A DNA stretch of 64,000 nt from Trichoplax adhaerens (GCF_000150275.1 NW_002060943.1:10696209-10760208), one strand, 5' to 3'; shown: positions 1 to 12,602, numbered from the stretch's first letter. The notes: a model not told the origin generated them from the letters alone. Program-made: numbers and translations.

Positions 1-3000
1 GATGTATTGGGAATAACCGGTGATATAAATTTATCAATCCCATATAAATCTGCAGATAAGAGAAAAGGAATCACAGGACAGGTAAATTCTACGACAAATA
101 TCTTAGGAGTTTCGAAGTCATGGTCTAATTATGTACTTTTTATTTTCCCTTAGGCGTTTGGTGTAGGTGCACTTGAAGAAGAAGATGATTCAATATATTC
201 GATTGATAATATGACAAATTATGATACTATTCTTAATGATGAAAGTTATAAAAATGATTCGCATCAGAAGATTGCCGTCAAGAGTGCGTAAGAGATTCAT
301 CATATTTCTTAACTTTTATTATCGCTTTTTAGGGAGATTATGGATATTTTCTGACAATATGCTTTAGTTACTATGTCTGAAATACTTCACTAGATAATAT
401 ACGTATGTCATCTGTTGCCAATATGTACACTGTCTTGAATACATTTTTTATAAAGTTGTGAATTTAGTTAAAAATAGATCACACGGACGGCATCAGCTTG
501 AAGGCTTTTTACTTGCTGATCGATCACAATCTCCTACTAAGGTTATTGCTCTAGAGCCCAGCCCATCAGTCATACATTTTTTGATATTAACTGTATCGAA
601 CTCTAACTACTAACGTAAGGAAGAAACATTTCCAATAGCTTACGCTACCTATTCTTTTCCAAATGCAGAAATTCTTACCTCCAGAATTGCCACATGAATA
701 TAGGCCTATTCATATTTTTAAGGATGATGTTCCAGTTACTGGTTCATCAGATAGTCGACATAGCATGTTGAGCACACAAAGAGGGCAGCTTTTGGGCGAA
801 CAACCAATTGAAGGTAACGTGCAAATTGGAAATTTGCTACGATTTATCAATAAGTCCTGTAGGAATATGTATAAAATAAAGTTTGATTTTTTACAAATTT
901 TTATTTAATAAATCTGTTAGGTCCATCTCAATCAATAAGTGGCCTTTTATCAGAAGATGATAAAGTGCGCCTTACGAATATTAGTAAAGCGACCGCATCG
1001 ATTAACATGATGTATACTTACTCTAACCAATTTTCGGATTATTTATTTTTGCCACGCTCCAAGATATTATTTTTTGCTCGGCTAAAAGTTTTACCAAATA
1101 TTTACGCAGGAATCAGGAGATGCAATCACAGTCAGCTAACCACCGATCTCAACAGCAAGGTTTCAACTGTTTAGTTATAAATTTTATTGCATTCTCAAAT
1201 ATTTGCAAGTACGATAATAAACATAACTCCCTAAAAATATGAATACGGATAGATGACAGTAAAATTACAGAATGGGAAAAGGAGCAGGAAAAAGAAGATT
1301 TTGCTCGAACAGCTAAACGATTTGAAGTATTAGGAAAAGCTATGGCAGCACGATTTACATCGTCACGATCTTACACGTGTGGCGATGAAGAAATAACCAC
1401 TATAAGCGATCAAACTGAAGAGGTACTACGATTTAATAAGATAACACATTGACTATTTCGTTACTGCAAGGCTTTAGATTGATTTCTTAAATGTGTAAGG
1501 TTGTAATTAATTAAACACCTTTTTTCAGGATTCCGATTCAAGAGACCGTGCTAAAGCTGCTTCAATGAAGTTATTTGGAAAGTTAACCCGAAGATCTTTC
1601 GAATGGCATCCAGATAAATTACTTTGTAAAAGATTCAATGTTGCAGATCCATTTCCGAGGTATGAGTTCTTGTTCGTACTTACTAACAGTTATATAAAAT
1701 TTGCTGTAATACCCATAGTTGACATTACTGTTAATATTTTCCGATACGGTAACCTTATTTGTAATGGTGTTAATCAAGATCTTCGAAGATTGGTATCCCA
1801 CAAGGGAAACTAGAAAAGCTTTCCATTAAAGACACTAGTACCTTTCTACAAGCTGTATCTTTTCAACATCCATCTGATGAACTTGAAAAGCAGAAATTGG
1901 ACTCTAAACAAAGCAATGTGGATAACGAAGTAATATCGACTGATGGAAATCAGTTATCGCAAAATCCCAGCATGAGAACGGACACGGAACATGACCTTAT
2001 CATTGTAAGGGTGCAATTGACTGAATATATCGCAGTTATAATAAAATACCCAAATCGTTCGAAGAGAAATCCTATGATGATTTAAACTTGAGATACAATT
2101 TCGTGCTCTATGTTATACAATAGCTTAATGTCAAGATTACTCTACTTAAAATTGTATTTAAGATTTAAGGTAAGCACTCCTGATTTTAATTTGTAACATG
2201 TTATCTACGCTTGTAATGTAGACGGGTAATAATGACAATAGTAACATCGAGGACGACCACCCACCCATAGATCTCTTCAAGGCAATTTTTGCCAGCAGCG
2301 ACTCATCTGATGCTGGTGAATCAAGTGCAAATGAATCTTCTGACACAAAGGAACTACTACCTTCATCATCAGAACGCGGTGCGATAGCTAATATCAATTT
2401 GACTAGCCCAGCGACTGTTCAAATAAAGGTAATAGGTTGATTTAGTTATAATGTCTGAAATGCCTCATGAATCTAGAGTGTTAAAAGATACAGTACTTGA
2501 TATTTTTCTTGATAAGTGTTAATATGACGGACGTATAGCGAACTAACAATGACATCATAACGGTCTAAAAATTTTAACTTTCTTATTTGGCGTTACTGGG
2601 CAGGTCGAAATAGACATCCCGACGGTATCTACAAATGCTAGTGTATGTTTACGTAAATCAACTTACGGTATTATACTGTAATAACAGTACAGTACATTAC
2701 TACCTACAGGACTCCTTAAAGATAAACATGCCAAGATAAACATGATTAAACAGCGCTATAAGCTGATACATTTTTCGATTTTTCAGAGGAGGTAAATTCG
2801 ACAACAGAAAAATCTTATTATGGACCTGCACTTCCTCCTATCTCAAGTTTACCAGGTTGCCTTTACTAGATTAAAGAAATTATGTTATAAAAGAAAAGCA
2901 TGTATTGATATTGGACTACATTACATTTTTGTAATTTTCTTACGTAATTAATTACTTTAGCTGAAAATGTCTCTGAGAGTAAGTTATTTGGTAAATCGAA

Positions 3001-3527
3001 TAAGCATTACAAATCACACGAGCATAAGCACAAGAAGCACAAGCACAAACATAAGAAAGTAAGTCAACTAATGAATCTTAATTCCTTACGGAATTATCTG
3101 GCTATCCCTGCTTACGCTCTATGTCTCAATTACTTTTTTCTTTACAAATACTTAACTGAAATAAAGTATATCGCAAATAGTTACCAATCAATTCAAGCAA
3201 ATACGCTGTACTACTCTATTGTTGTTAATGTAGCTTATGCTCACGATGAGCCTCATTAATAGTTGCTGTATTTTATATAAAATATACATTATAGTAACCG
3301 ATACTGTGGAGTGTTATTTCATTACGTTTAGTTATTGTGCTGTAGCTATAAAGTAGTAAATAACTATAACATATCAATAATAATACTTTTCCAGCCCTAC
3401 TTTCTTTTTCTGATCCCTTATTATTTTATGAAACTATCAAATTGGTTGTTTATTCTTATTTACTTAATAAACAAAAAATACTGTATTTTATTACTAGATA
3501 AAAAAGAGTAAAAAAGAAAATCGCTAG
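1..3527 (+). CDS. GPATCH1: G-patch domain-containing protein 1 (splicing-associated), 3' portion; 5' end lies outside the window
   Basis: Spliced translation gives recognisable GPATCH1 motifs: KGITGQ|AFGVGALEEEDDSIY (exons 1-81, 154-287), MKLFGKLTRRSFEWHPDKLLCKRFNVADPFP (1529-1659), PPIDLFKAIFASSDSSD (~2222-2428), YGPALPP (~2788-2855) and a KHKHKKHKHKHKK basic tail (2961-3058). Last coding exon 3498-3527 = IKKSKKENR*. About 13 GT-AG exons; some internal boundaries are approximate. Confidence 0.9.
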
Positions 3528-3756
3528 AAAAAAATAACCGAGGAATCTTTGCAGTATGTAGTTATTTGAGAAACTCAATATAGCGTAAAATATGTACATA
3601 TTGTTATTTTTTAGAGACTGATATAAAATGGCCTGGCTAACTTTATCAACATTTTGCTGTTGTTGGTATATTTTTCTTTTTGTAATTGTAAATACATTTA
3701 ACCGCCTTAAATTGCATGAATTATATATTGTATAACGATGTCAACTATAAAATATT

Positions 3757-3780
3757 AATAAAAGATTATCTTTTTTTATT
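3757..3780. terminator. Back-to-back candidate polyadenylation signals of convergent GPATCH1 (+) and TRIM71 (-)
   Basis: AATAAA on + at 3757-3762 and TTTATT (AATAAA on -) at 3775-3780. Such hexamers are common in AT-rich DNA. Confidence 0.35.
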
Positions 3781-5842
3781 ACACAACATACAGACGTAAT
3801 ACTGTATACAAGCATACTGTACAAATGTAAATGTCTTACATGTGCTGTAAATTCTTTCGATCTTTATTTGTTGAAATTTTCATGTACAGTGTAGCGCACT
3901 GAAGACCAAAATCATAATAATTGTATAAATCCGTTATGTACAACTAATCGTACGTACGTCATACTTTCAGATACTGTATATGTATAATTGATGCAATAAA
4001 GGATATTTTGTGTTCGCCTGGAATCTAGCCGTAAATCATGGTTTTTTACAGATCTCACTGAAAAACTAATCGTAATTCAAAAAATGCGATACGTATACTA
4101 TATATTCAGTACTCGAATTAACTGTAAATTCACATTCCGTCCTGTTTTGAAGTGTACATCATAATGTTTGCTTGAGGGTACTATCTTGCTACTGTGTTTG
4201 TTTTAGCGTTAATATATACATATTATGGGCATTATGCCTTTAAGATTTGACCCTTGACAGAAATTTTCGTGCTTGCTAATTAAAAGCTTGTCAACTACCA
4301 TTTTAATTGTTATATATGTAGTACGTACGGTATACACGTATAAATATGACCAATAATTAATGCGAAGTAAACTTATTTGTGTACTAGCCGATCGCACGTG
4401 TACTGTAGCTGCACATTGGTAACAAATTAAAGAGTTGTAAATTTTCCGCTATTTATTAAATTGATCCAAACTCGGTATCACCGCGCTAGACGACAATCTC
4501 TACCATTTTATAGACTGTCGTTAGTTGTAACTTGCTGTACAGTATTTCCCGTACTGCTGTGATCTTCTTGTTTAGTTTTAATTACCATACTAAAAAGTTT
4601 ATTGTAATACGTTCGTATTGACATTAATTTCAATATAAGAGACATGGTATTACAAGCTTTATTGCTGCTCGTTCACAGTTTCAACTGATACCGATCATAA
4701 ATCTAAAGGGTATTTATAAGTAAACACAGCCGAAAAGAATACAAGATATATAATATAGGAGGGCAAGATAAACTAATACAAATATTCATTTGCCTTTTTT
4801 AACTATTGTGCTATAGCATGGAAAAGAACTTGGTTTTCTTCCACAGTCAATTGTGTTACCACGAGTTAATAAAAACTAAAAATGATGTTCAGAATAATAT
4901 TAAGATACAAAGTGGTCATAAAAATTGTGTCTTCGAGACAAATGAAACTTGTAACCATCGCACAGTATAGCTTCAAGCTTAAAACGGTATTATAGTATAA
5001 TTGAGTGAAAGTTGATACATTAATCAAACCATCACCGTTTGCCTCCAGTATAAGACGTGATAAAAACGAAAATGAAACATAACTTGATTAAAATAATTAT
5101 TCTTGTCATGTCCTGTTTTTAAACAATCAACATCAGAAACTTTCCAACATTTACTACTGTATGCACTGCATATATTCATTCATAGGTGCATTGTAAGTGT
5201 AATATCGTAAATAATAGTAAATCATAAAATCAAGTAAATGATTACTACGACGGCTACTGTATCCTAAAATAAACGATTATATCCATAATCATTGAAGTCT
5301 AAAAAAATCTAATAGCTCAAGAGAAGCGTTGCATACGAGAAACAAAAAGTCTATCGATTCTATGAGACTGTTTTAGAATTATATCAAGTTATAGTCAAAT
5401 AAACTGATAAAACAATAATAAAAAATACAAAAGTACTAACAACCGCAAGTGAAAGATTTGAGATGATACTGTAATTATAATCGACAAGCAACGCAATTCA
5501 TTCAGAACGATGTGAATTAAATGGACTGCGTTAGAATTATTCATTAATCAGATGACGAGTGACAAATTTTCATTAAAAGAATTTCGCAAAAAATTATAAA
5601 AAAATTACTCTAATTTCAGTTCTACTCTATTAATAATCAAAAGCCTATAATAGTAATCGTACTACTATTTAGAATCCTTACAATCAATTGAAGTTAAATA
5701 CTATTGATCATATTAAACAAAAAAAAGAGGCTGGAAAATAACTAAGTAGGTCTAGATCTATGCAGTCAATTACTATAATACGGTAATATGACTTCTTTTT
5801 CCTTTCAGGGATGATATAATTAATGAACAGGATGATGAATGC

Positions 5843-8305
5843 TTAAAATATTTGTAATCGATTATTACCAAAATCAACAACAATAATTAATCCCTCCGGC
5901 GTTACAGCAATACCTGATGGCCGATCAAGGCAACCATCGTTGATGCCATTGCTGCCAAACTTGCATAAAAAGTTACCGTTACTACCAAACACTTGAATCC
6001 GATGATTTCTAGAATCAGCAACGATGATATTACCTTCTGGATCGATCGTCACACCTTGCGGTCGTAAAAACTGACCATTATTTGAGCCTTCGGTACCCAA
6101 AAATCGAGCAGTCTTAAAATCTGAATTTACAACCAATAAACGATGATTATTAAAGTCCGTTACGACTATGTTGTCTTCGTTATTAAACGCTACACCGCGT
6201 GGTGAATCAAAATGCTTCCATAATGCACCTTCAAAGCCGTATTTATTAAGAAATAAACCATCAGGCGAGAATAACTGTATGCGATGATTACGTGTGTCAG
6301 AAACTAAAATTTGATCTTTACTATTGACTGCTACATCCCATGGATAATTAAACTGCCCATTTTTATTGCCTTTTTCACCAAATTTCAAGCAAAATTCCCC
6401 TTCAAAAGTAAAAATTTGAATACGATGATTATCTTTATCTGCAACTACAACTTGACCACGACCATTTGTAGCTACACCTGCAGGCCGATCAAATTGGCCA
6501 TTGCGTTGACCAGGTGTACCAAATTTACGAAGGAATGTTCCGTCTGGATTGAAAATTTGAATGCGATTATTACTACGATCTGCAACGATAATATATCCAT
6601 CAGGATTGACTGTAACACCCCAAGGACGACATAGCTTGCCATCGTCTTCACCTTCACCTCCAAAGACCTTAACCGGAGCGCCAATGTTTAAATAGTTGCG
6701 ACCATTGCGTACACATACAGTGTAGGGACTATTACTAATGTGAGTACCACGAACGGTCACAGAAACGATATGACTACCTTCGACCATAGGACGATAAGAT
6801 ACTAGATAGGTTCCATTTTCTTGATCAGATACATTGGCACAGTAAAGCGTAGAATCCGGCGCTTGGATTAACACATTAATAGGATCGCCACCAATTCGAC
6901 ATGGATCACCATGATGATCGCGAGCCTGGATAGTGAAATAAGCCATTTTCCCGGTAATGGCGCGAATCGTACCGTCACCGGAAGCAATTGTTAACGGCGC
7001 ATAAGCACTACTAGTGACATTACCCGAGCAAGTCAAGGCTGTGAGTAAAGCTGAATCTGGTGCTGTAAATGTTACATTATCATCTTCATGTGGCTGCAGT
7101 TGACACTTAGTATTTCTTAACTCATTAATCTGTGAGATGATAGTATCCTTGCAGTTGAGTACTTCAACTTGATTACCATCTTGTAGTACACGTTCTACTT
7201 TCCGACAGGTTGATACAGTGGCTGTCAAGTCAGTTTTCAACTTCTCCGTTTGTAAACGCAACATTTTACCCTTAACTTGACGAATTTTTTCAACTCGACG
7301 TAATAACTCTCGTTCTCTTTCCTCTAATGCTACCATATGCCTTCTAAAGGTAGATCTAATCAAGTTAGTTATAGTATGACAGCGAGTTTCGATACGCTCA
7401 GTCATATCTTGACTTTGAGCTATCGCAGCTTCAAGTTCGTCAACGCCGCTTAAAGCTTCTGTAAGGGCTCTGCAGACTGTTGGTAAGCAACTCTCCATGC
7501 GCTGTTGTAAATCACATATAATATGGTCTTTATGATTCGATGACGGTAGCAATTCTATATCAGAGAATCTTTCTTCGTTACCTTCCAACATGATATTATT
7601 ATCTAGGCAACCCTGACAAACAGGAGTCGAGCAAGTTTCGCAATAGTACGACAACGGGGTATTGTCATGAAACCGGCATGATACCGAACTTCTAATGATC
7701 TTTTCGTACTTATTACTCTCTATACTACGTGGCTGTTGATAGTCATGTAGTGGTACAATGTAATGATTGCGAGTCAAGCGTAGTCGTTGATGTTCTATAA
7801 CGCAATTATTGCACAAAAATTCGGAACAAACTTGACATCTTGAACTAGCCAAGACGCCATATTGACAATGAGAACATTTTAACTGACTCAACGGTCTCAT
7901 ATCCAATGTGGCGGTCACCACGTTAGTAACGGTAGCGTTCGTACTACGGTAATCATCGTTGTGATTGGCAACAGTCGTAGGTAAAATCGAATCTAATATT
8001 TTATCCATAAACATGTCGGATGGTAGACCATCGATGTCACCATTCGATAATGCAGCTTCGTAATGACAAGTGGGGCATGTTAAGAGATGGCCGTTATCCG
8101 CTTTGGCCATAATTGTCTGTAAGCAATTCTTACAAAATGAATGCAAGCATGGTAGAACTTTAGCGTCTCGTAATGGCCCGTAACAAATCGAACAAGTTGA
8201 CAAATGAAGCGAATTGCTTCCTCTCCCATCTTCGTTTACCACCTTGTTGTTGATTGTCGTCGCCATACCGTCATACATTGCATACTGTGATACGGTCGAC
8301 ACCAT
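5843..8305 (-). CDS. TRIM71: TRIM-NHL E3 ligase / RNA-binding protein lin-41 (TRIM71) ortholog, 820 aa, single coding exon
   Basis: Domain order: RING (CSIC..CLHSFCKNC..CPTC), two B-boxes, coiled coil, filamin repeat and six NHL repeats. The NHL strings are TRIM71-diagnostic (LCRPWG, DRSNNR, FDRPAG, DKDNHR, FNYPWD, DTRNHR, WKHFDSPRG, DFNNHR, FLRPQG, DSRNHR, DFGNNR). Confidence 0.95.
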   Translation of the reverse strand: MVSTVSQYAMYDGMATTINNKVVNEDGRGSNSLHLSTCSICYGPLRDAKVLPCLHSFCKNCLQTIMAKADNGHLLTCPTCHYEAALSNGDIDGLPSDMFMDKILDSILPTTVANHNDDYRSTNATVTNVVTATLDMRPLSQLKCSHCQYGVLASSRCQVCSEFLCNNCVIEHQRLRLTRNHYIVPLHDYQQPRSIESNKYEKIIRSSVSCRFHDNTPLSYYCETCSTPVCQGCLDNNIMLEGNEERFSDIELLPSSNHKDHIICDLQQRMESCLPTVCRALTEALSGVDELEAAIAQSQDMTERIETRCHTITNLIRSTFRRHMVALEERERELLRRVEKIRQVKGKMLRLQTEKLKTDLTATVSTCRKVERVLQDGNQVEVLNCKDTIISQINELRNTKCQLQPHEDDNVTFTAPDSALLTALTCSGNVTSSAYAPLTIASGDGTIRAITGKMAYFTIQARDHHGDPCRIGGDPINVLIQAPDSTLYCANVSDQENGTYLVSYRPMVEGSHIVSVTVRGTHISNSPYTVCVRNGRNYLNIGAPVKVFGGEGEDDGKLCRPWGVTVNPDGYIIVADRSNNRIQIFNPDGTFLRKFGTPGQRNGQFDRPAGVATNGRGQVVVADKDNHRIQIFTFEGEFCLKFGEKGNKNGQFNYPWDVAVNSKDQILVSDTRNHRIQLFSPDGLFLNKYGFEGALWKHFDSPRGVAFNNEDNIVVTDFNNHRLLVVNSDFKTARFLGTEGSNNGQFLRPQGVTIDPEGNIIVADSRNHRIQVFGSNGNFLCKFGSNGINDGCLDRPSGIAVTPEGLIIVVDFGNNRLQIF

Positions 8306-8892
8306 ACGTTCAACGTTTCTTTTTTGTCTTGATCAATCGAACTTTTTTATCACGAACGAATCGTGCAAACAAAACGAAAAAAATGACTGTTAGTTATAAT
8401 CAATTCACTCTTTCGTAAGCTGTATTCAGAATACCGTATATATGTATATCGTACCATATATATACGCAACAGATATACAGTACTGTATAGCATTGCTTTC
8501 TTCGTTCTATATATAGTACTATTCGTATAACATACATATACGGTATACTGTATAACTTGTTCGTAAATTGACCCAGACACTGTGCGTTATATAGGCATAC
8601 TATATAAGCGTACTGTACAGTACAGTACTGAGTGTACTGGTAGATTTTACGCGCGGTGAGAGATTATTATTACCGTATTGTAGACTTGTAGTGTTATATT
8701 GATCGATTGTGCGGTACTGTATAACATATACACAGAATATTTTATTATTTTTTAGATATCAAATTTTTTTCAATAAGGTGGACCCGGTGATCCAGTAGTT
8801 CAAACTGCGTGATATGCCTTAATTTGTTCAATTGGTAAGTAATAATGTTGTTCAACAAATCCAAATCGACAACTGTACGGTTTAGAAATACG

Positions 8893-8930
8893 CTGGATAA
8901 GAAAGAAAAGAGAGAGAAAAAAAATGTGTT
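8893..8930 (-). promoter_or_regulatory. Strong 3' splice acceptor, implying a 5'-UTR intron of TRIM71
   Basis: The minus strand reads ttttttttctctctcttttctttcttatccAG|cgta. Candidate minus-strand GTAAGT donors lie near 9250 and 9312. Confidence 0.5.
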
Positions 8931-9133
8931 GACAAATTGTCCAGCTAAATTAATCAATAGCGTCAACGAAAAATAGCTTTAAGATGTAGAAACAACCTAT
9001 TGTTCGTCAAGGCCAGTATGTCGCCATGTGCAAGTAAATGGTTGACAATAAAAAATTAGTCGATGTATTTTCCTAGTTTAGCAGTAATGCAATGAGATGA
9101 TCATCTCAAATGTCAATCATTTTTGAATAGAAA

Positions 9134-9160
9134 ATACCGCGCCCAATCATTGGGCGGTAT
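9134..9160. promoter_or_regulatory. Inverted pair of CCAAT boxes in a GC-rich imperfect palindrome; candidate TRIM71 promoter element
   Basis: Sequence ataccgcgcCCAATcATTGGgcggtat; another CCAAT at ~9216. It is a GC-rich island within AT-rich flanks. Confidence 0.4.
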
Positions 9161-12100
9161 CAAATCCTCAAACATGTTCGTAACACCTCATTCTGTCAAT
9201 TAAAATCTTATCCAACCAATAGGCATCAGTATAAAATCAAAACAATACTTACAGCGTATATCTATCAATCAAAAAATTTGCAATCGTTCAACAAATAAAC
9301 ATACCAATTACTTACTCAAGTACAGAGCGCGTAAGTTTTCTTCTCGTATTTTAAAGATGTTTGTCCAGTACCTAACACTATGTTTTACAGTGCTGCACAG
9401 ATCACTACAGCTGTATTCATTGTTCTACAATACAGTACTGTACTGTACAGCATAGCGAGTGCGCTGTTAGACTACAGTATTGCAGTATCAGTTCATAGAG
9501 TTCTATATACAGTTTCTCGCAAGTCAAAATCAATCAAATAGCTGTCATGCGCTGTACTAGACGCATATAGTACTGGCTTTTTCCTTTACGTAACAGTGCA
9601 GTACAGTACAAGTATAATATATATATGTACTGTATATATTGACATACATTATAATGTACTGTACAGTACAGTAGAGTAGAAATTAAGATTAAGATTTAAG
9701 ATTTATATCCTTGCCGTAGAATATTCATGATACTGTACTTTACGTAGTATAAAGATACAGTGCCTATAACTGACACGTTTTCAAATACATTATCTACTAT
9801 ACTGTATAGCCTAGCAGTTAATACTGATAATGTTGCACATGCAAAAATGACAATAACCAACGCAAGGCTTAATTGGGAAAGTATCACAGTGTGCGTCTTC
9901 CAAAATAAAAAGGATAGTATAAATAAATAAATAAGCCAAAACGTCCTAATGTCCGATCCGTCAGATTCTGCATTATACTGTACAGTACTGTACAGTATAG
10001 ATAGTATGAGGAAAAATACTGTTTTATAAAGATGATTTAACCTTAATAACCTTCGGCAACTAACACAGAAATATAAAAATATAGTACTGTACAGTACTGT
10101 ACAATTGTACATGCATATTATAATCAATCAATCAATTTAATATACGGTACTGTATTAACATACAGCACCGTAGACGCATACAGTACTGTACTGTATATTC
10201 ATCATACTGTATTTATTCACAAACAATTACTGTACTGTACAGTACTGTACAGTACAATCAACTATCAACAATCGTCTGACAAAAATGTACACGCATGTAA
10301 TCAAATCAAATACAGTCTAGCCACTGTCTAGTAAGCCACTGTACTGTACAGTGTACAGTATGTACAATGTACAGTACACTACAGTACGAATAAAGTACTG
10401 TACAGTTGTGTTCTCGATACGCAGTGCACTGTAGCAATTATACTGATGCGTACAGTACAGTCAGTGTGCAGTACAGTACTGTATATGAAATTTAATTTAC
10501 TGTAGAATAGCCTTTGACCAGGTTTCGGTACTGTACAAGTGATGATAATAATTTTTGTACTCTACGTGCCGTTAAAACCAGAATAATTACTTGTGTACAA
10601 ACGCAAATGCCATTTTTTTAATATAAGCAGCGTTTAAACTGCATTTATATTGAATTTCCATATTTACTTTCAATGCCATAACAAAAATACGCGTACAGTA
10701 TACTGTACTGTACGTATAAAACTAGCACTATGGAAGTTTACAGTACCTGAAATCCAGCGCGGACAACCTACAGTATGAGTCTAAGATGAATGAGAGATTT
10801 AGTGCTTAGAGTGAATTACATTTTTTGCATATTATACTGTATTACTTTTATTCATCGAGCCACGCTTATAAACAAGTTTCTGGATTAAAATTTATTTAGC
10901 AACGGCATAGCAATACAGTTTACTGTATAACAGTACTGTATAACGTACATGTGAATAAATATCTAATAAATATCTAATATCTGCAGTATACTGTACTGTG
11001 CTGTAAACAATAGCTTCAAGTACAGTACAGCTGTACTGTACTATAGCAGCCTATGACACCGAATATCGGTTTAAAGCTACAATAAATAAATAAATATCTA
11101 CTATCAGTTACAATTGCTTTGCTTACTACTGTACAGTTTACATAGTAGATTTACCAATCTAACCAATCCAGTCCTCAATGAATATTGTGCATTTATGGTC
11201 TTTTATTTATATGCTTGCGTAACTAAATAGGAAATCTATAACGAGATCACAATCACAATGAACTTAGTGTTCAATTGAAAAAGCATGATCGCTGAGTACA
11301 GTAACCATACAGCAACATCCATTGTTCAGCTAATTACATTAATTAATTAATTTCGAGAGGAAGCAAGGAATTCAGTGTGACGAATGACAGCCGACAACAA
11401 CCAGTCAACGAAAATTATGGGTTGGCGCATTTTTTCTTTAGGATAAAAGATACATTATATTATATCAACACGAAAGAACTCCAATCCTTAAAAAAATTTT
11501 ACATATCCTATAAAATCCCCCTATAAAATTTCATACTGCGACAGCGTTTTATCTTCACGCGACCAGTGGCATGGACTACAGTACAGTATATTGCGCGGAC
11601 GTTATTTTTTTAGTACTACTGTACAGTACAGTACTGTACAGTACCGTACTGTACTGTACACTGTAGAGTACACAGTACGTACTGTACAGTACAGTAGTTC
11701 TTCTTCTTACCTCTACAGTATGGTAAAACTTTGAGCGTGCGGATTATAAATTACGGTTTCTCGAGCGTACACAGTGTACAGTATAGTACAGTACACTCAA
11801 TCGGTACTGTAAAGTACAGTATTATTCTTAGAAGTCCCTCTTCAGTTATAAATTTAAGAAGGGTATATCATTAATTTTCCCTAAATATAAATTTATTCGG
11901 CTGATCAGAATCTTTTACATTCAATCTGACTTAATATTCCTGATAAGATTTCTTCGCTTTCTTAATTTATTCCGACATCCATACATATGTAATGTTCGTT
12001 GTCGTGTGATCCACGTTTGAAATAAATAAATACTAAGAGTGATAAGTGATCTAGTTTGCATACAGTAAATTAGTAAAATAAATGGACGAAATGAAGTTTA

Positions 12101-12364
12101 AATCCTGACGACTGATTTTCATAACACAGTACTTAAAACCTTTAGTAATTATTTTGGATCAATTAATTAATTAATTAATTATTATAGCGACTTAAATACA
12201 TCAAAGCAATAAAGTGAAATCAATTTTACTGCATTAAATAATGTTGCTTTTACAAATTAGAATGATAACATCAACCAAATTTAGAAACCAAATATACATG
12301 TACATGTATGTACGTTTAATTAATTAATTACAATTACAAGTGTAAGCCCGCGAACATTTTTCGT

Positions 12365-12602
12365 AATATTCCAATCAGAAACGGACGATACACAAACACA
12401 CACACACACACATACACACACACACACACATACACACACACACATGCACATACACATACTCACACATACACATAAACACACATATATACACACACACACA
12501 ATGTTCTTAATATTCCAATCAGAAACGGACGATACACACACACACACACACACACACAATATTCCTAACATTCCAATCAGAAACGGACGATACACACACA
12601 CA
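12365..12602 (+). repeat. Three copies of ATTCCAATCAGAAACGGACGATACAC each followed by a (CA)n microsatellite
   Basis: Copies at ~12368, ~12512 and ~12570 with imperfect (CA)n tracts after each. Confidence 0.9.

Larger units (their letters stand above)
8470..11820. repeat. Dispersed clusters of (GTACW)n pentamer repeats (TACAGTA/TACTGTA)
   Basis: Examples at 8612-8640, 9431-9450, 9976-9997, 10084-10110, 10228-10256, 10338-10405 and 11613-11697 (gtacagtacagtactgtacagtaccgtactgtactgtaca...). Confidence 0.9.

Noticed and set aside
6311-6684. ORFs overlapping TRIM71
   Set aside because: These are shadow frames of the real CDS.
9696-10127. 143-aa hydrophobic minus-strand ORF
   Set aside because: It has a non-ATG start and low complexity, and is driven by AT-rich DNA and GTACW repeats (YSTV/LYST strings).
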